Source of the DNA: Anaerohalosphaeraceae bacterium
Lineage (GTDB): Bacteria; Planctomycetota; Phycisphaerae; Sedimentisphaerales; Anaerohalosphaeraceae
NCBI GenBank assembly: GCA_963675525.2
Contig: CAXXSL010000019.1
Location: 64,001-128,000 of the forward strand
DNA: 64,000 nucleotides
Direction: 5' to 3'
The notes under the pieces were generated by a model. That model was not told where the DNA came from. It did not search any database and worked only from the letters and a program-made list of their open reading frames with translations. The translations under genes and the position numbers were made by a program. This document shows positions 46,693-56,770 of the stretch, in pieces (positions within the stretch are counted from its first letter, which is position 1; the number at the start of each line of letters is the position of its first letter).

Positions 46693-49674
46693 ATGAACAA
46701 AATGCTTACCAACTGCGTTCTCATGGCATTGACAGCAACTTTCTGTTTTGCCATCCCATTTGACCGACATGACAGCGATTTCACAATGTCTTTGAACAGC
46801 CAATGGAAATTCTGCCTGACTGAAAATTCCGAGACGCAGTTGCTTTCCGGATTTTTCAAAACAGATTTTGATGATGAAAAGTGGGCCGGTGTCGATGTGC
46901 CGTCGAATTGGGAAATGCAGGGATTTGAGGAGCCTCATTATTACCGGCCGGATCCTTCTATGGTTGGCTTGTATCGAAAAGAAGTCACATTGCCGAAGGA
47001 ATGGAAAGACCGTCAGGTTATTGTCCATTTCGAAGGGATTTCATTTGGCTATACCCTTTATGTAAACGGCAAAAAGGCGGGTTCATTCCAGCATGCATTC
47101 CTGCCGTGTCAGTATGATATAACCCCGTATGTCCACTATGATGAAAAGAACACGATTGCCATTAAGGTTTATCGCGATCATGAGGAGCGTGAATTTGACT
47201 GTAATGATGCATGGGCCCTGTCAGGGATTTATCGTGATGTGTTTTTATTCTCCCCCCAACGCTATCATATTGATCGTTATTCGCTTAATACAAAACTTGA
47301 TCTTGCAAAGCAAACGGCTGTGATTGAAGGCCAGGTAGAGATTCGTATATTTCGTCACAACCATAATAGTCAATATCAAGATCATCGGGAACTGTTTAAG
47401 CCGATGGCGATAAAATTAGATCTTAAAGATGCTGACGGAAATATCATGGCGGATCAAACCGAGGCAGTCTCTTGGATTACACCACGTGTGGTGCCGTCTC
47501 ATACATTCAAAATACCGGTAACGGACGCTCACTACTGGAATGCAGAGCAACCCTATTTATATGATTTGTCAATGACACTGCTGACCGACGGTCAGGTCTC
47601 GCACGTCGTCAAACAAAAAGTAGGTTTGCGCGAAGTGGCAATCGAAGATGGGATTCTCAAAGTCAATGGACAACGTATTAAACTTCGCGGCGTATGCCGA
47701 CATGAACTTTTCCCGGAGGTTGGACGAGCGTTGCAGGAACATCATTGGCTTAAAGATATCAAACTGATGAAAGCCGGAAATATTAATGCCGTACGCTGCA
47801 GTCACTATCCCCCGCACCCGCGATTTTTGGAATTATGTGATGAATACGGATTATATGTTCTCGATGAGATACCGATTGGCTTTGGTGAAGAACACCAGAA
47901 TGACCCTATTATGCTGGGAGCGATGCTTTCCCGGGCTCAGCGAACGGTTGCGCGGGACCGCAATCACCCCAGTGTGATCATTTGGGATATCGGGAACGAA
48001 AATCCGCTTTATGGCCTTCAGGAAACCGCTGCGAAACTTGTCAAAACCATGGATCCAACGCGTCCGCTGCTGTATCCCGGCGAAAACTTTGTCGGTCTTG
48101 ATAGAATCTTCGCCAGCGGTACTGCCGAGTTCATAGACATTCTTGCTCCGCATTACCCGCACAACGAGGAAATAAAAAGAGACCTGGAAGATGCGAGGAT
48201 CCAAAAGCCAATCATATTTACCGAGATCAATCATGCGCTGGATACGGCTTTTAGCGACTTCGAGACAAAATGGGAAATGATCGAAAACACCGATAAAATG
48301 GCCGGAGCGATGATCTGGCTGTGGGCTGATCAGGGGATTATGCGCAAAGTTAATGGCCGGCCGGTGGTTGATTCCTACGCCAACATATCGAAGGTACGAG
48401 GCAAGCATACCATTCTATCGGGCGATGTATGGCTGGATGACAACACCATTCTCGACAGTCATGGTCCAGACGGCACAGACGGGATCGTTTATGCAGACCG
48501 CCGTTTGCAGACGGATTACTATGAGACTCGAAAAATGTATTCCCCTGTCAGTATATCACAAAAATATATAACACTGGATGCAGAGGGAAAGATACATTTG
48601 GATATTGAGAACCGCTATGATTTTACAAATCTCAGTCAACTCGAAGGACGCTGGAAATTCATGGTAAACGGACGCACGTTAAAGGAGGGGAAATTATCGC
48701 TGGATTGCGCTCCGCATGAGAGCCAAACCGCAGAAATTCAGATTGGGCTGAAGAAGTTACCTGTCAGTGATCTTATGCTGCAGGTAGAGTTTGTCAATAA
48801 GAACCAACTTCCTGTTTATGAGCGGACGCTGGTCTTTGAAAACTCTCAAGTGGATTGGTTTGCGAAGATGGACAAGGAAATGAAAGTTGCAATTTCTGCA
48901 GATACCAGGATTAAAGTAGACCAGGACGGTGTCGTTACGATCATCGATGCAAAAGAAACCACTCTGATGAAAGGGCCCTTCGCCCGTATTGGTCGAAAGC
49001 CTACGATGGCTGAACGTAAGACCTATCCAAGAATGGAGCTGGAAATCTGGGAGCCGTCGATATTGACTGATTTCGAAGTTACTCCACATACGGAAAAAAT
49101 GCAGGGTGATAACCTCGTCATCCGGACTAAAGCGAAATACAAAAATCCTGAAAATAGCGAACAAACCGTCCACGCAGATGTAACCTATACAATCAGTCCA
49201 TCCGGATGGGTGGATATCGACTATACAATCACTCCTGACAGCGAGAAGGGGGCTCTGTTGGAACTGGGGCTTGCATGGGAAATACCGGATGTGAAAAAAA
49301 TCAACTGGCTCGGCGACGGTCCCTATCCTTCCTACCCATACAAGAGTACATTAGCTGAACGCGGCATCTATTCTATTGCACCCGGAGACTCCTTCTTTAA
49401 CGGCAATCGGATGAATGTCGAATTGGTTAATCTTGTATATTCAAATAACCAAGTAGGTGTGATAACGAAGCCATCAAATATTGGATGGCAGCAAGATACC
49501 ATTACCGACAGGATTGTTTTTTATCAAAATCAAAAAGTCGCCAGTCTCGGCACGAAATTTAAACTCCCTCGTGAGGTGATACGCGCTAAGGGTATGCTTC
49601 CTGCTAAGGGACATCTGAGGCTGTGTGTGTTGAGTGACGATCAGGCAGGGTTTATTCAGGAAATTTTTGAATGA
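46693..49674 (+). CDS. GH2 glycoside hydrolase, secreted (candidate beta-galacturonidase)
   Basis: SGIYRDV, LRGVCRHE, RCSHYP, WDIGNEN, FTEINHAL, IWLWADQG. Confidence 0.88.
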   Translation: MNKMLTNCVLMALTATFCFAIPFDRHDSDFTMSLNSQWKFCLTENSETQLLSGFFKTDFDDEKWAGVDVPSNWEMQGFEEPHYYRPDPSMVGLYRKEVTLPKEWKDRQVIVHFEGISFGYTLYVNGKKAGSFQHAFLPCQYDITPYVHYDEKNTIAIKVYRDHEEREFDCNDAWALSGIYRDVFLFSPQRYHIDRYSLNTKLDLAKQTAVIEGQVEIRIFRHNHNSQYQDHRELFKPMAIKLDLKDADGNIMADQTEAVSWITPRVVPSHTFKIPVTDAHYWNAEQPYLYDLSMTLLTDGQVSHVVKQKVGLREVAIEDGILKVNGQRIKLRGVCRHELFPEVGRALQEHHWLKDIKLMKAGNINAVRCSHYPPHPRFLELCDEYGLYVLDEIPIGFGEEHQNDPIMLGAMLSRAQRTVARDRNHPSVIIWDIGNENPLYGLQETAAKLVKTMDPTRPLLYPGENFVGLDRIFASGTAEFIDILAPHYPHNEEIKRDLEDARIQKPIIFTEINHALDTAFSDFETKWEMIENTDKMAGAMIWLWADQGIMRKVNGRPVVDSYANISKVRGKHTILSGDVWLDDNTILDSHGPDGTDGIVYADRRLQTDYYETRKMYSPVSISQKYITLDAEGKIHLDIENRYDFTNLSQLEGRWKFMVNGRTLKEGKLSLDCAPHESQTAEIQIGLKKLPVSDLMLQVEFVNKNQLPVYERTLVFENSQVDWFAKMDKEMKVAISADTRIKVDQDGVVTIIDAKETTLMKGPFARIGRKPTMAERKTYPRMELEIWEPSILTDFEVTPHTEKMQGDNLVIRTKAKYKNPENSEQTVHADVTYTISPSGWVDIDYTITPDSEKGALLELGLAWEIPDVKKINWLGDGPYPSYPYKSTLAERGIYSIAPGDSFFNGNRMNVELVNLVYSNNQVGVITKPSNIGWQQDTITDRIVFYQNQKVASLGTKFKLPREVIRAKGMLPAKGHLRLCVLSDDQAGFIQEIFE

Positions 49675-49747
49675 TATCAAAGAGTCAATCATGATTTTGA
49701 ATTAGTTTCTTATCAGAGAGATTAGAATCAAAACAAGGAAAGATAAT

Positions 49748-52441
49748 ATGTCTGACCAACTTGCTCAAATAAAAACATTTCTTCTTGTGTTCATGTTGTT
49801 GGTTTTTGTGTTTATTGTTAATGCCGCTGAAGAAACGATTGATGCAGCGATGGTATCCACTCAAAAGCAACAGAACTTTTCGAAAGCCGGATTTTTTCCG
49901 ATTCAAGGCAGTGGACGCGAGGTAATGAATTTCAATGTTGGCTGGCGATTTATCAAACAGGATGTCCAAAATGCTCATACCCGCGACTTCAATGATTCAG
50001 ACTGGGAGGTCGTCAGTTGTCCCCACGGATTGGAACTGCTGGAATCCGAGGCCAGCGGGAGTGTGAATTATCAAGGCGTCGCGTGGTATCGAAAGCATTT
50101 TAAACCCGGCAAAGAGCTACAGGGAAAACAGGTTCGTCTTCATTTCGAAGCGGTCATGGGTTCCTGTCAAGTCTGGATCAACGGCGCCCTGGTGACATCT
50201 CATTTTGGCGGGTATTTGCCGTTTTCTGCTGACCTGACGGAAAAGCTTGATTTTGGGAAAGATAACATCATCGCTGTTAAAGCGGATAACAGCAACGACC
50301 GTTCCTACCCGCCGGGAAAACCCCAGGAAACGCTTGATTTTACTTATTGCGGAGGAATTTACCGCGATGTCTGGCTGGTGACGACGAATGCTGTTCATAT
50401 AACCAACCCGAATGATGTGGATAAGATTGCCGGCGGCGGCGTGTTTGTTCATTTTGAGGATTTTTCAAAAGAAAAGGTGACCGTTGTTGTTGATACCGAT
50501 ATTGCCAATCATAACAGCAGTGACGAAACAATTGATTTGAACATCGCACTGATTGATGCAATGGGAAATAAAGCCGGCGTATCCTGCAGTTCTTTAACGA
50601 TTCAGGCAAATGGAACCTCTGCGGTGACCCAAAAAATCGTCGTTGACCAGCCCCATCTTTGGACGCCGGACGATCCCTACTTATACAATCTGGTGCTGAC
50701 GGTAAAGGATTCTGAAGGAAACACGATAGATGGTATGCGCCAGCGGATTGGCATTCGCAAGATAGAGTTTCGGGGACAGGATGGATTTTATCTGAACGGT
50801 GAGCCGTTTGGCGAGGTACTCAATGGAGTCAATCGCCATCAGGATTATGCCTATGTAGGCAATGCTGTTCCCAATTCGGGCCAATGGCGTGATGCAAAAA
50901 AAATACGGGATGCAGGACTGCGGGTTGTCAGAGCAGCGCACTACCCAATGGACCCTGCGTTTATGGATGCCTGCGATGAACTGGGTCTTTTTGTGATTGT
51001 GGCGACTCCGGGGTGGCAGTTCTGGAATAAAAAAGATCCGGTTTTTGAGCAGCGTTTGAATGATGATATCCGGCAGATGATTCGCCGGGATCGTAATCAT
51101 CCCTGTGTGCTTTTCTGGGAACCCGTATTAAATGAGACGCCGTATCCGGAAAACATTCGTAAAGAGGCGCATCGCATTGTAAACGCCGAATATCCCTATC
51201 AGGGAGCGTTTTCCGCCTCTGATGCATCAAGCTATGCGAAAGGATATGAAGACTTTGATGTCTACTACTACTGGGGTGGACAGCTCGAGGGTGAGCACAG
51301 CTCGTTTATCCGTGAATACGGCGAACATGTGGATGATTATAAGGCGCATAATTCCGACAATCGTGTTTCTTTGCGATGGGGCGAGAGGCCTCAATTGCTT
51401 CAGGCGATGCACTTGGCCGATGTGATGAATACCCACATTTACGGACAGTCCAAGGTATTAGCGGGTGCGACCTTATGGGCTGGTTTTGACCATCAGCGTG
51501 GATATCATCCCGATCCGTTTTATGGAGGATTGCTGGATAATTTCCGGCGTCCGAAGACATCGTATTATCTCTATACGAGCCAACGTGATGCCGCTATCAA
51601 GTTAGCGCATGCGGATTCCGGCCCGATGGTGTATATTGCGCATGAATTGACGCCATTTTCCGATGAGGATGTCGTCGTATTTACAAATTGCGACCAGGTT
51701 CGCCTGACGATGCCCGGCAAGGCGCCCTATACACAACAAATCCAGCGAGACGGGCAGTCTCTTCCTAATCCGCCGGTAGTGTTTAAGGATGTTTACAATT
51801 TCGATGATTGGGTAACGCTGACGCGAAAAACGGACGATAAGTCAACCCTGAACATTCTTGCTGAAGGGCTGATTGACGGGAAGGTTGCAGCCGTGCATAA
51901 ACGGACGGTGGCACGAAATGTAACAAATATTAAGCTGTCAGTTGATGATGAAGGCATGGCGCTGGTCGCAGATGGTTCTGATTTTGTGCCGGTTGTTGCT
52001 TCAGTAACCGACCAGCAGGGCAACGTAAAACGGTTGAACAACTTGACGATACAGTTCGAAGTAGAAGGGCAAGGCCGGATTATCGGCAATCGCCAAAACG
52101 GGGCCAACCCAAGAATTGTCGAATGGGGTACTGCGCCGGTTTTAATTCAGGCAACCACGACGCCGGGAACGATCAAGGTCAAGGCCGCACCGGTTTGCAA
52201 GGGGCAGACAACTCCGATTGGCGATGTGATTGAAATTGAAAGTATTCCCTCTCCATCAAAATTAGTCTATTCGGAACAGCCGAGCCTTCAGATTAAGTCC
52301 GCATCTCCAAAGAGCGCCGATGAAAGCGAAACGATTCAATCGCTTCAACGGGAGTTGGAGAAAGTCCGTCAGGAGTTGAATCTCCTTAAACTTGAAAAAG
52401 TCAGCGAAGCTCAGGAAGATTCTCCGGCAGCCGAATTTTAG
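49748..52441 (+). CDS. GH2 glycoside hydrolase, secreted (recalls BT0983-like alpha-L-arabinopyranosidase)
   Basis: NFNVGWRF, GGIYRDV, GVNRHQDY, RAAHYP, WEPVLNE, FDHQRGYHPDPFYGG. Confidence 0.88.
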   Translation: MSDQLAQIKTFLLVFMLLVFVFIVNAAEETIDAAMVSTQKQQNFSKAGFFPIQGSGREVMNFNVGWRFIKQDVQNAHTRDFNDSDWEVVSCPHGLELLESEASGSVNYQGVAWYRKHFKPGKELQGKQVRLHFEAVMGSCQVWINGALVTSHFGGYLPFSADLTEKLDFGKDNIIAVKADNSNDRSYPPGKPQETLDFTYCGGIYRDVWLVTTNAVHITNPNDVDKIAGGGVFVHFEDFSKEKVTVVVDTDIANHNSSDETIDLNIALIDAMGNKAGVSCSSLTIQANGTSAVTQKIVVDQPHLWTPDDPYLYNLVLTVKDSEGNTIDGMRQRIGIRKIEFRGQDGFYLNGEPFGEVLNGVNRHQDYAYVGNAVPNSGQWRDAKKIRDAGLRVVRAAHYPMDPAFMDACDELGLFVIVATPGWQFWNKKDPVFEQRLNDDIRQMIRRDRNHPCVLFWEPVLNETPYPENIRKEAHRIVNAEYPYQGAFSASDASSYAKGYEDFDVYYYWGGQLEGEHSSFIREYGEHVDDYKAHNSDNRVSLRWGERPQLLQAMHLADVMNTHIYGQSKVLAGATLWAGFDHQRGYHPDPFYGGLLDNFRRPKTSYYLYTSQRDAAIKLAHADSGPMVYIAHELTPFSDEDVVVFTNCDQVRLTMPGKAPYTQQIQRDGQSLPNPPVVFKDVYNFDDWVTLTRKTDDKSTLNILAEGLIDGKVAAVHKRTVARNVTNIKLSVDDEGMALVADGSDFVPVVASVTDQQGNVKRLNNLTIQFEVEGQGRIIGNRQNGANPRIVEWGTAPVLIQATTTPGTIKVKAAPVCKGQTTPIGDVIEIESIPSPSKLVYSEQPSLQIKSASPKSADESETIQSLQRELEKVRQELNLLKLEKVSEAQEDSPAAEF

Positions 52442-52465
52442 ATGCTTGATTCGTTCCGATTTTTA

Positions 52466-53620
52466 TCAGGGACTGATGCTCTCCGGCCATTGTCCGTTGG
52501 GCATGGGCACGGTTTGAAGTTTCTCCGGGTCCAGCACCACATGCTTGATCCGTTTGCGATGCCAGGTGTAGACGATGTGGACCAATCCGTCAGCGGTCTG
52601 AATCACGGAAGGGTACGAGAATTGGCGTTCCGGCTGATCTTCATAATCCAAAACAAGTGCCGCTTCCCAGTTTTTGCCGTCTTTGCTGAGCGCGACGTTC
52701 AGGATGCCGCGGCCCTTGTGGCCCATACCCGGCTGGTTGCGTGTGGAGTGATTATAGACGAGCAACTGGCGGCCGTCCGCCAGTGTTACGCCGTCGATCC
52801 CCGAGTTATTGTTCGGCAGTGTCATCGGCTCCATCGGCGACCATGTAAGCCCGTCATCTTCAGACCAACTCTGGGCAATAAAACCATGCTCGGTTCGAGT
52901 TCGGCAGAGCATCTGGATGCGGTCCTTGGGGTATGTTAGTAACGTCGGCTGGATGGCACCGATTTTGGCCTCGGGATTCATCGGACCGATGAACTTCCAG
53001 CTTGTACCGCCGTCTGTGCTGTGCTCGACATGAGCACGCCATCCGCCGTCCTCACGACTGGAGGGCGAGAGAATTGTTCCGTTGGGCAATTGGATTGGCT
53101 TATTCTTGACCGGACCAATCAGCATTTCGCCTTTTTCGTCAACTAATCGTTTAGGATTGGTCCAGTTCCAGCCGCCATCGGAGGAGGTTGTGACCATACC
53201 CCACCATTCGCTCGGGGAAGGGCCGACCTTATAGAACAGCAACAGGTCACCACCCTTAGGCTGAAACAGCACCGGATTCCAGGTTGGGTATCGCAGTTCG
53301 AGCGTTTCTACGCCATTGGCGACTTCGATGACCGGAGTCCACTTGCCGTTGAATTTGTGACTGAGCCAAATTCCGACATCGGGATTGCGTTCGGCTGTCC
53401 CGCCGAAAAAGGAACAGATCAACTGGCCTTTAACTTCAGCGATAGTGGCTGCATGACAAGAGGGAAACGGGGCTTCACAGAAGACAAATTCTTCAAGCAC
53501 CACTCCCGGCTTGGACGGAGCAGGGATGTGTTCGCAAGACTTCTTGGTATCTGTACATCCCGAAGCGGCCAAGAGGAAACCTAATGTACAAATAAATGGG
53601 TTCAACGATAAATTTGTCAT
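52466..53620 (-). CDS. BNR/Asp-box sialidase-like protein (GH33-like; candidate Kdo hydrolase), probable lipoprotein
   Basis: CHAATIAE, FFGGTAERNPD, WNPVLF, GPVKNKP, three SxDGGxxW/SxDGxxW Asp-boxes, PNNNSGID, FSYP; lipobox-like LAASGC. Confidence 0.85.
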   Translation of the reverse strand: MTNLSLNPFICTLGFLLAASGCTDTKKSCEHIPAPSKPGVVLEEFVFCEAPFPSCHAATIAEVKGQLICSFFGGTAERNPDVGIWLSHKFNGKWTPVIEVANGVETLELRYPTWNPVLFQPKGGDLLLFYKVGPSPSEWWGMVTTSSDGGWNWTNPKRLVDEKGEMLIGPVKNKPIQLPNGTILSPSSREDGGWRAHVEHSTDGGTSWKFIGPMNPEAKIGAIQPTLLTYPKDRIQMLCRTRTEHGFIAQSWSEDDGLTWSPMEPMTLPNNNSGIDGVTLADGRQLLVYNHSTRNQPGMGHKGRGILNVALSKDGKNWEAALVLDYEDQPERQFSYPSVIQTADGLVHIVYTWHRKRIKHVVLDPEKLQTVPMPNGQWPESISP

Positions 53621-53656
53621 ATAATCAAACTCCCACATGAAATGAAATTAATAGTT

Positions 53657-54757
53657 TTAGCTGCGATAGGACTCCAGCTTATCAGCAAGCCGCTGCATCT
53701 GCTCGGGCCGGATTTTTTCCCCACCTGCCGTCACAACATTCAGATAAACACCTTTGGGACCGATGACATCTAATAAAGGAATCACCTCATCAACATCCAT
53801 ATTGGCGACCCAAACGGATTTGCCTGCACCAAGAATCTTTTTATACAAATCGTACCAATGCGGTGCACCTCCCGGCGGAACCTGCGGATCCGGCGTCCAT
53901 TCAATCGCATCCAGTCCTTCGATTTCCAGCAGCGAATCCACATCACCCAGACATTGATGACCATCCACATGATACATTGAATAGTCCAGATATTCCACTG
54001 ATTGTCTGAGGTAGGGGAGAACGAACTCATCGAACATCTTTGGTGAAAACATGGCTGCCGTATCACATTGCAGCAGCCCCGTTTTGCCCGGTCCCCAGAG
54101 CATAAAATACCCAAAGGCCATACTGCCATCTTCGTCTTTTATAATTTCATACAGGCTGTCAAATACCTGTTTGTAGGCCACCTCGATTTCCTGAAGCTTT
54201 TCGTGAACCCACGCCGGGCGCTCAATCATGTCCATTAATAGATTCTCAGTTCCTCTCAGTTCCGCCAGCACATCGAGATTCGGAACAATCGCAGGTAACC
54301 CAACAAAATAACGCCCCCGACTGTATTCGACGGTTTTTCGAAGCACCGCTTCAATCGCTTGGCTATAGGGATGCGCAGGATCAAAGACGACAGCGGGATG
54401 CGTATCAGGATTAGTAATACAGGGTCCATACCAAATGTTGTCTTTCTCATACTTTGGAATGGCGCCAAGATAGGGCGCTAAAGTAACAGTGCCGATATCC
54501 GCCCAGGCAACCGGAAGGACATCAGCCGGCCAGACCTTATGGGCCATTTCATAATAGATTCGTTCTGCTACGTACTGGGGGTCCATATGAAAGCGCTGCG
54601 GATCAGTTAAAGCAGCCGGAGCTATAGCATCAGCATGAGCCGGCCCGTCACTGTCTATTCCGGTTCCCCAGTATCCCAGTACAAACCCTTCGCGATTCCA
54701 CCAGTCTATAAAATGTTGACGTGTTTGGGACCAATTTTTTTTCCATAGTGAATTCAT
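53657..54757 (-). CDS. UroD/MtaA-like methyltransferase-fold protein (HxDG subtype), cytoplasmic
   Basis: LAELRGTENLLMDMIERP, LQCDTAAMFSPKMFDEFVLP, YHVDG, LDAIEWTP. Confidence 0.78.
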   Translation of the reverse strand: MNSLWKKNWSQTRQHFIDWWNREGFVLGYWGTGIDSDGPAHADAIAPAALTDPQRFHMDPQYVAERIYYEMAHKVWPADVLPVAWADIGTVTLAPYLGAIPKYEKDNIWYGPCITNPDTHPAVVFDPAHPYSQAIEAVLRKTVEYSRGRYFVGLPAIVPNLDVLAELRGTENLLMDMIERPAWVHEKLQEIEVAYKQVFDSLYEIIKDEDGSMAFGYFMLWGPGKTGLLQCDTAAMFSPKMFDEFVLPYLRQSVEYLDYSMYHVDGHQCLGDVDSLLEIEGLDAIEWTPDPQVPPGGAPHWYDLYKKILGAGKSVWVANMDVDEVIPLLDVIGPKGVYLNVVTAGGEKIRPEQMQRLADKLESYRS

Positions 54758-54773
54758 TTTATACTCGTCTTTG

Positions 54774-56738
54774 TTATTTTGATTTCGTTATTGGCTTAAT
54801 ATCCTGATAGGCAGGCTCAAGACCGGCTGTGTTGATAATCGCCTGGGCCTTCGCCGACCATATCGGGGCCTGAGGTTCTACAATTGTATTGGTAATCGGA
54901 CAGTTGGTTCCCTCATTGCGTACGTTATCGGCATTGACATAATTATGATTGATTGTTATGTCATGGCATCTCTCAGTCCAGATGTGCAGCCAGAGTCCTT
55001 TATGCTGTCGAGATTCAATATGTTGTCGATTTAAGATGACATTATCATGAATATTCCAATATGCCGAGCCATCATCCGGGTAAATACACCGGGGGCCGTC
55101 GTAACAATAATTGTAAGCAATTTCGGAACCGGGCTGCTCGCCGAGGACATAAATAATTCCGCCATCTTTAAGAGCCAGATGCGTATTACCGATGCGGTTA
55201 TACGTAATCGAATTATTTTTTGCGACTGTTGAGGGAGGTATCTCTGAATTTCCCCACCACCACCCCAGGGCAATCCCGCCATAAGGTGTGCCGCTGATCT
55301 CATTGTGGACGATTTTAACATTTTCCACAAAAAAGCCGGTCATGCCTTCGACCTGGTGAAAGTCCAGACAGGCATTATGAACAAAATTATTCGAGATAAG
55401 GATATCTTTGCAAATGCCTTCTGCTCCCTTACCAAATTGCTCGCCGTCGCCGATTTTATAGTGCTGAGGATGGCCCACATTAACCGACGTTCCCATCAGG
55501 TCCCCAAAGCAGTTCCCGATTACAGCGGTATTGACGACATCATTTTCAAGGCTAAGCGAAACCGCACTTGCCAGGTGTTCGAAGCGATTTCGCTTAAACT
55601 GGATCGATTCGGCATTGCATACGTTAACGGTGCCTTTTGGAATCGTAATATCGTTATATTGATTCGGGTGCCAGTTGCCGTCTTTGATGTACCGTGTGAA
55701 TTGAGACAGGCTTTGTACGCTGACCCAGCCGCGAGAATCGCCCAGTGAAGACAACAGGTAATCATCGTAAGCAAAGGTCAGGCCGTAAAACTGAATATGA
55801 TGAACGCGTGCAGTTTTACTTTCGCCGGTAATACTGACAAGTTTTTCGACAGCAGGCGCAAACACCTGGGCCGTTGTCATATTTTCACCACGGCAGTAAT
55901 AGTACAGGGTGTGCGTTTGATCATTAAAATAAAACTCTCCCGGCTCATCAAGCAGTTCATACGCGTTGCGAATATATAAAAGTCGGTCGGGTCGGGGGTC
56001 TGCGTGGAAGGGTATCCAACTCATATTCAATGCAATTGCACCATACGGCTGCTGAAGCATTGCTACGGTGTGTCCGTCTTCGGAAAACATGTCTTCTACG
56101 CATAGAATCGGTTCACTCCACACATTGGATTGATAAAGTTCGACATTCTGAGGGTTGCTATATACCCCTACCTCATCGGATTTGAATTTGATCCCGGCAA
56201 ATTCTGTTCCCTCGGCCGCTGCCCATGGCTCGTTGCCGGTAATCGTAAACGTTCCATAACCGCCTTGGCCAATAACTCCATCATTCATGCGGGCCATGAT
56301 GGCTCGTTTTCCATTGACATACAAAGCCCGCAGTTTTTTGTCCCTGACAAGTTGGGCCTTCCAGATATCACCGGTGTGCCGCGTCCATCCGGTCACCGGT
56401 ACTGCTCCGCTCAAAATCGGCACCTCATTCGGATAGGCTTTATAAATAATCCAATGTCCGTTGGTTCCTGAGTCCCGGGTTGTCAGTTCGAATGTTTTAT
56501 TTAGTGGGTAAATACCGCCTCGGAGATATACTGTGATATCTTCCCGCATATCTTTATTTATGATTCGGATGTGGTCGCGTGCCTTTTCCAGTGTGCGCCA
56601 GGGTTTGGTTCGGGAGCCGATCGCACTGTCATCCCCGTTCGGCGATATATAAAACTCGGTTCGGGTCTTTTCAAACGCAGTGGCTCCGCAACCGCTTAAA
56701 AATACAAGCACGATAAGCAATATTATTTTTTTCATCAT
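54774..56738 (-). CDS. Right-handed beta-helix glycoside hydrolase, GH141-like, lipoprotein
   Basis: FYISPNGDD..GS..PWRTLEKAR, VYLRGG.Y, NAYELLDEPGEFY, PYGGIALGWWW, DGGIIY.LG, IYPDDGS; lipobox LSGC. Confidence 0.75.
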   Translation of the reverse strand: MMKKIILLIVLVFLSGCGATAFEKTRTEFYISPNGDDSAIGSRTKPWRTLEKARDHIRIINKDMREDITVYLRGGIYPLNKTFELTTRDSGTNGHWIIYKAYPNEVPILSGAVPVTGWTRHTGDIWKAQLVRDKKLRALYVNGKRAIMARMNDGVIGQGGYGTFTITGNEPWAAAEGTEFAGIKFKSDEVGVYSNPQNVELYQSNVWSEPILCVEDMFSEDGHTVAMLQQPYGAIALNMSWIPFHADPRPDRLLYIRNAYELLDEPGEFYFNDQTHTLYYYCRGENMTTAQVFAPAVEKLVSITGESKTARVHHIQFYGLTFAYDDYLLSSLGDSRGWVSVQSLSQFTRYIKDGNWHPNQYNDITIPKGTVNVCNAESIQFKRNRFEHLASAVSLSLENDVVNTAVIGNCFGDLMGTSVNVGHPQHYKIGDGEQFGKGAEGICKDILISNNFVHNACLDFHQVEGMTGFFVENVKIVHNEISGTPYGGIALGWWWGNSEIPPSTVAKNNSITYNRIGNTHLALKDGGIIYVLGEQPGSEIAYNYCYDGPRCIYPDDGSAYWNIHDNVILNRQHIESRQHKGLWLHIWTERCHDITINHNYVNADNVRNEGTNCPITNTIVEPQAPIWSAKAQAIINTAGLEPAYQDIKPITKSK

Positions 56739-56770
56739 ATAAATCTCCGGTCCAGGTTTACTGCATATAT

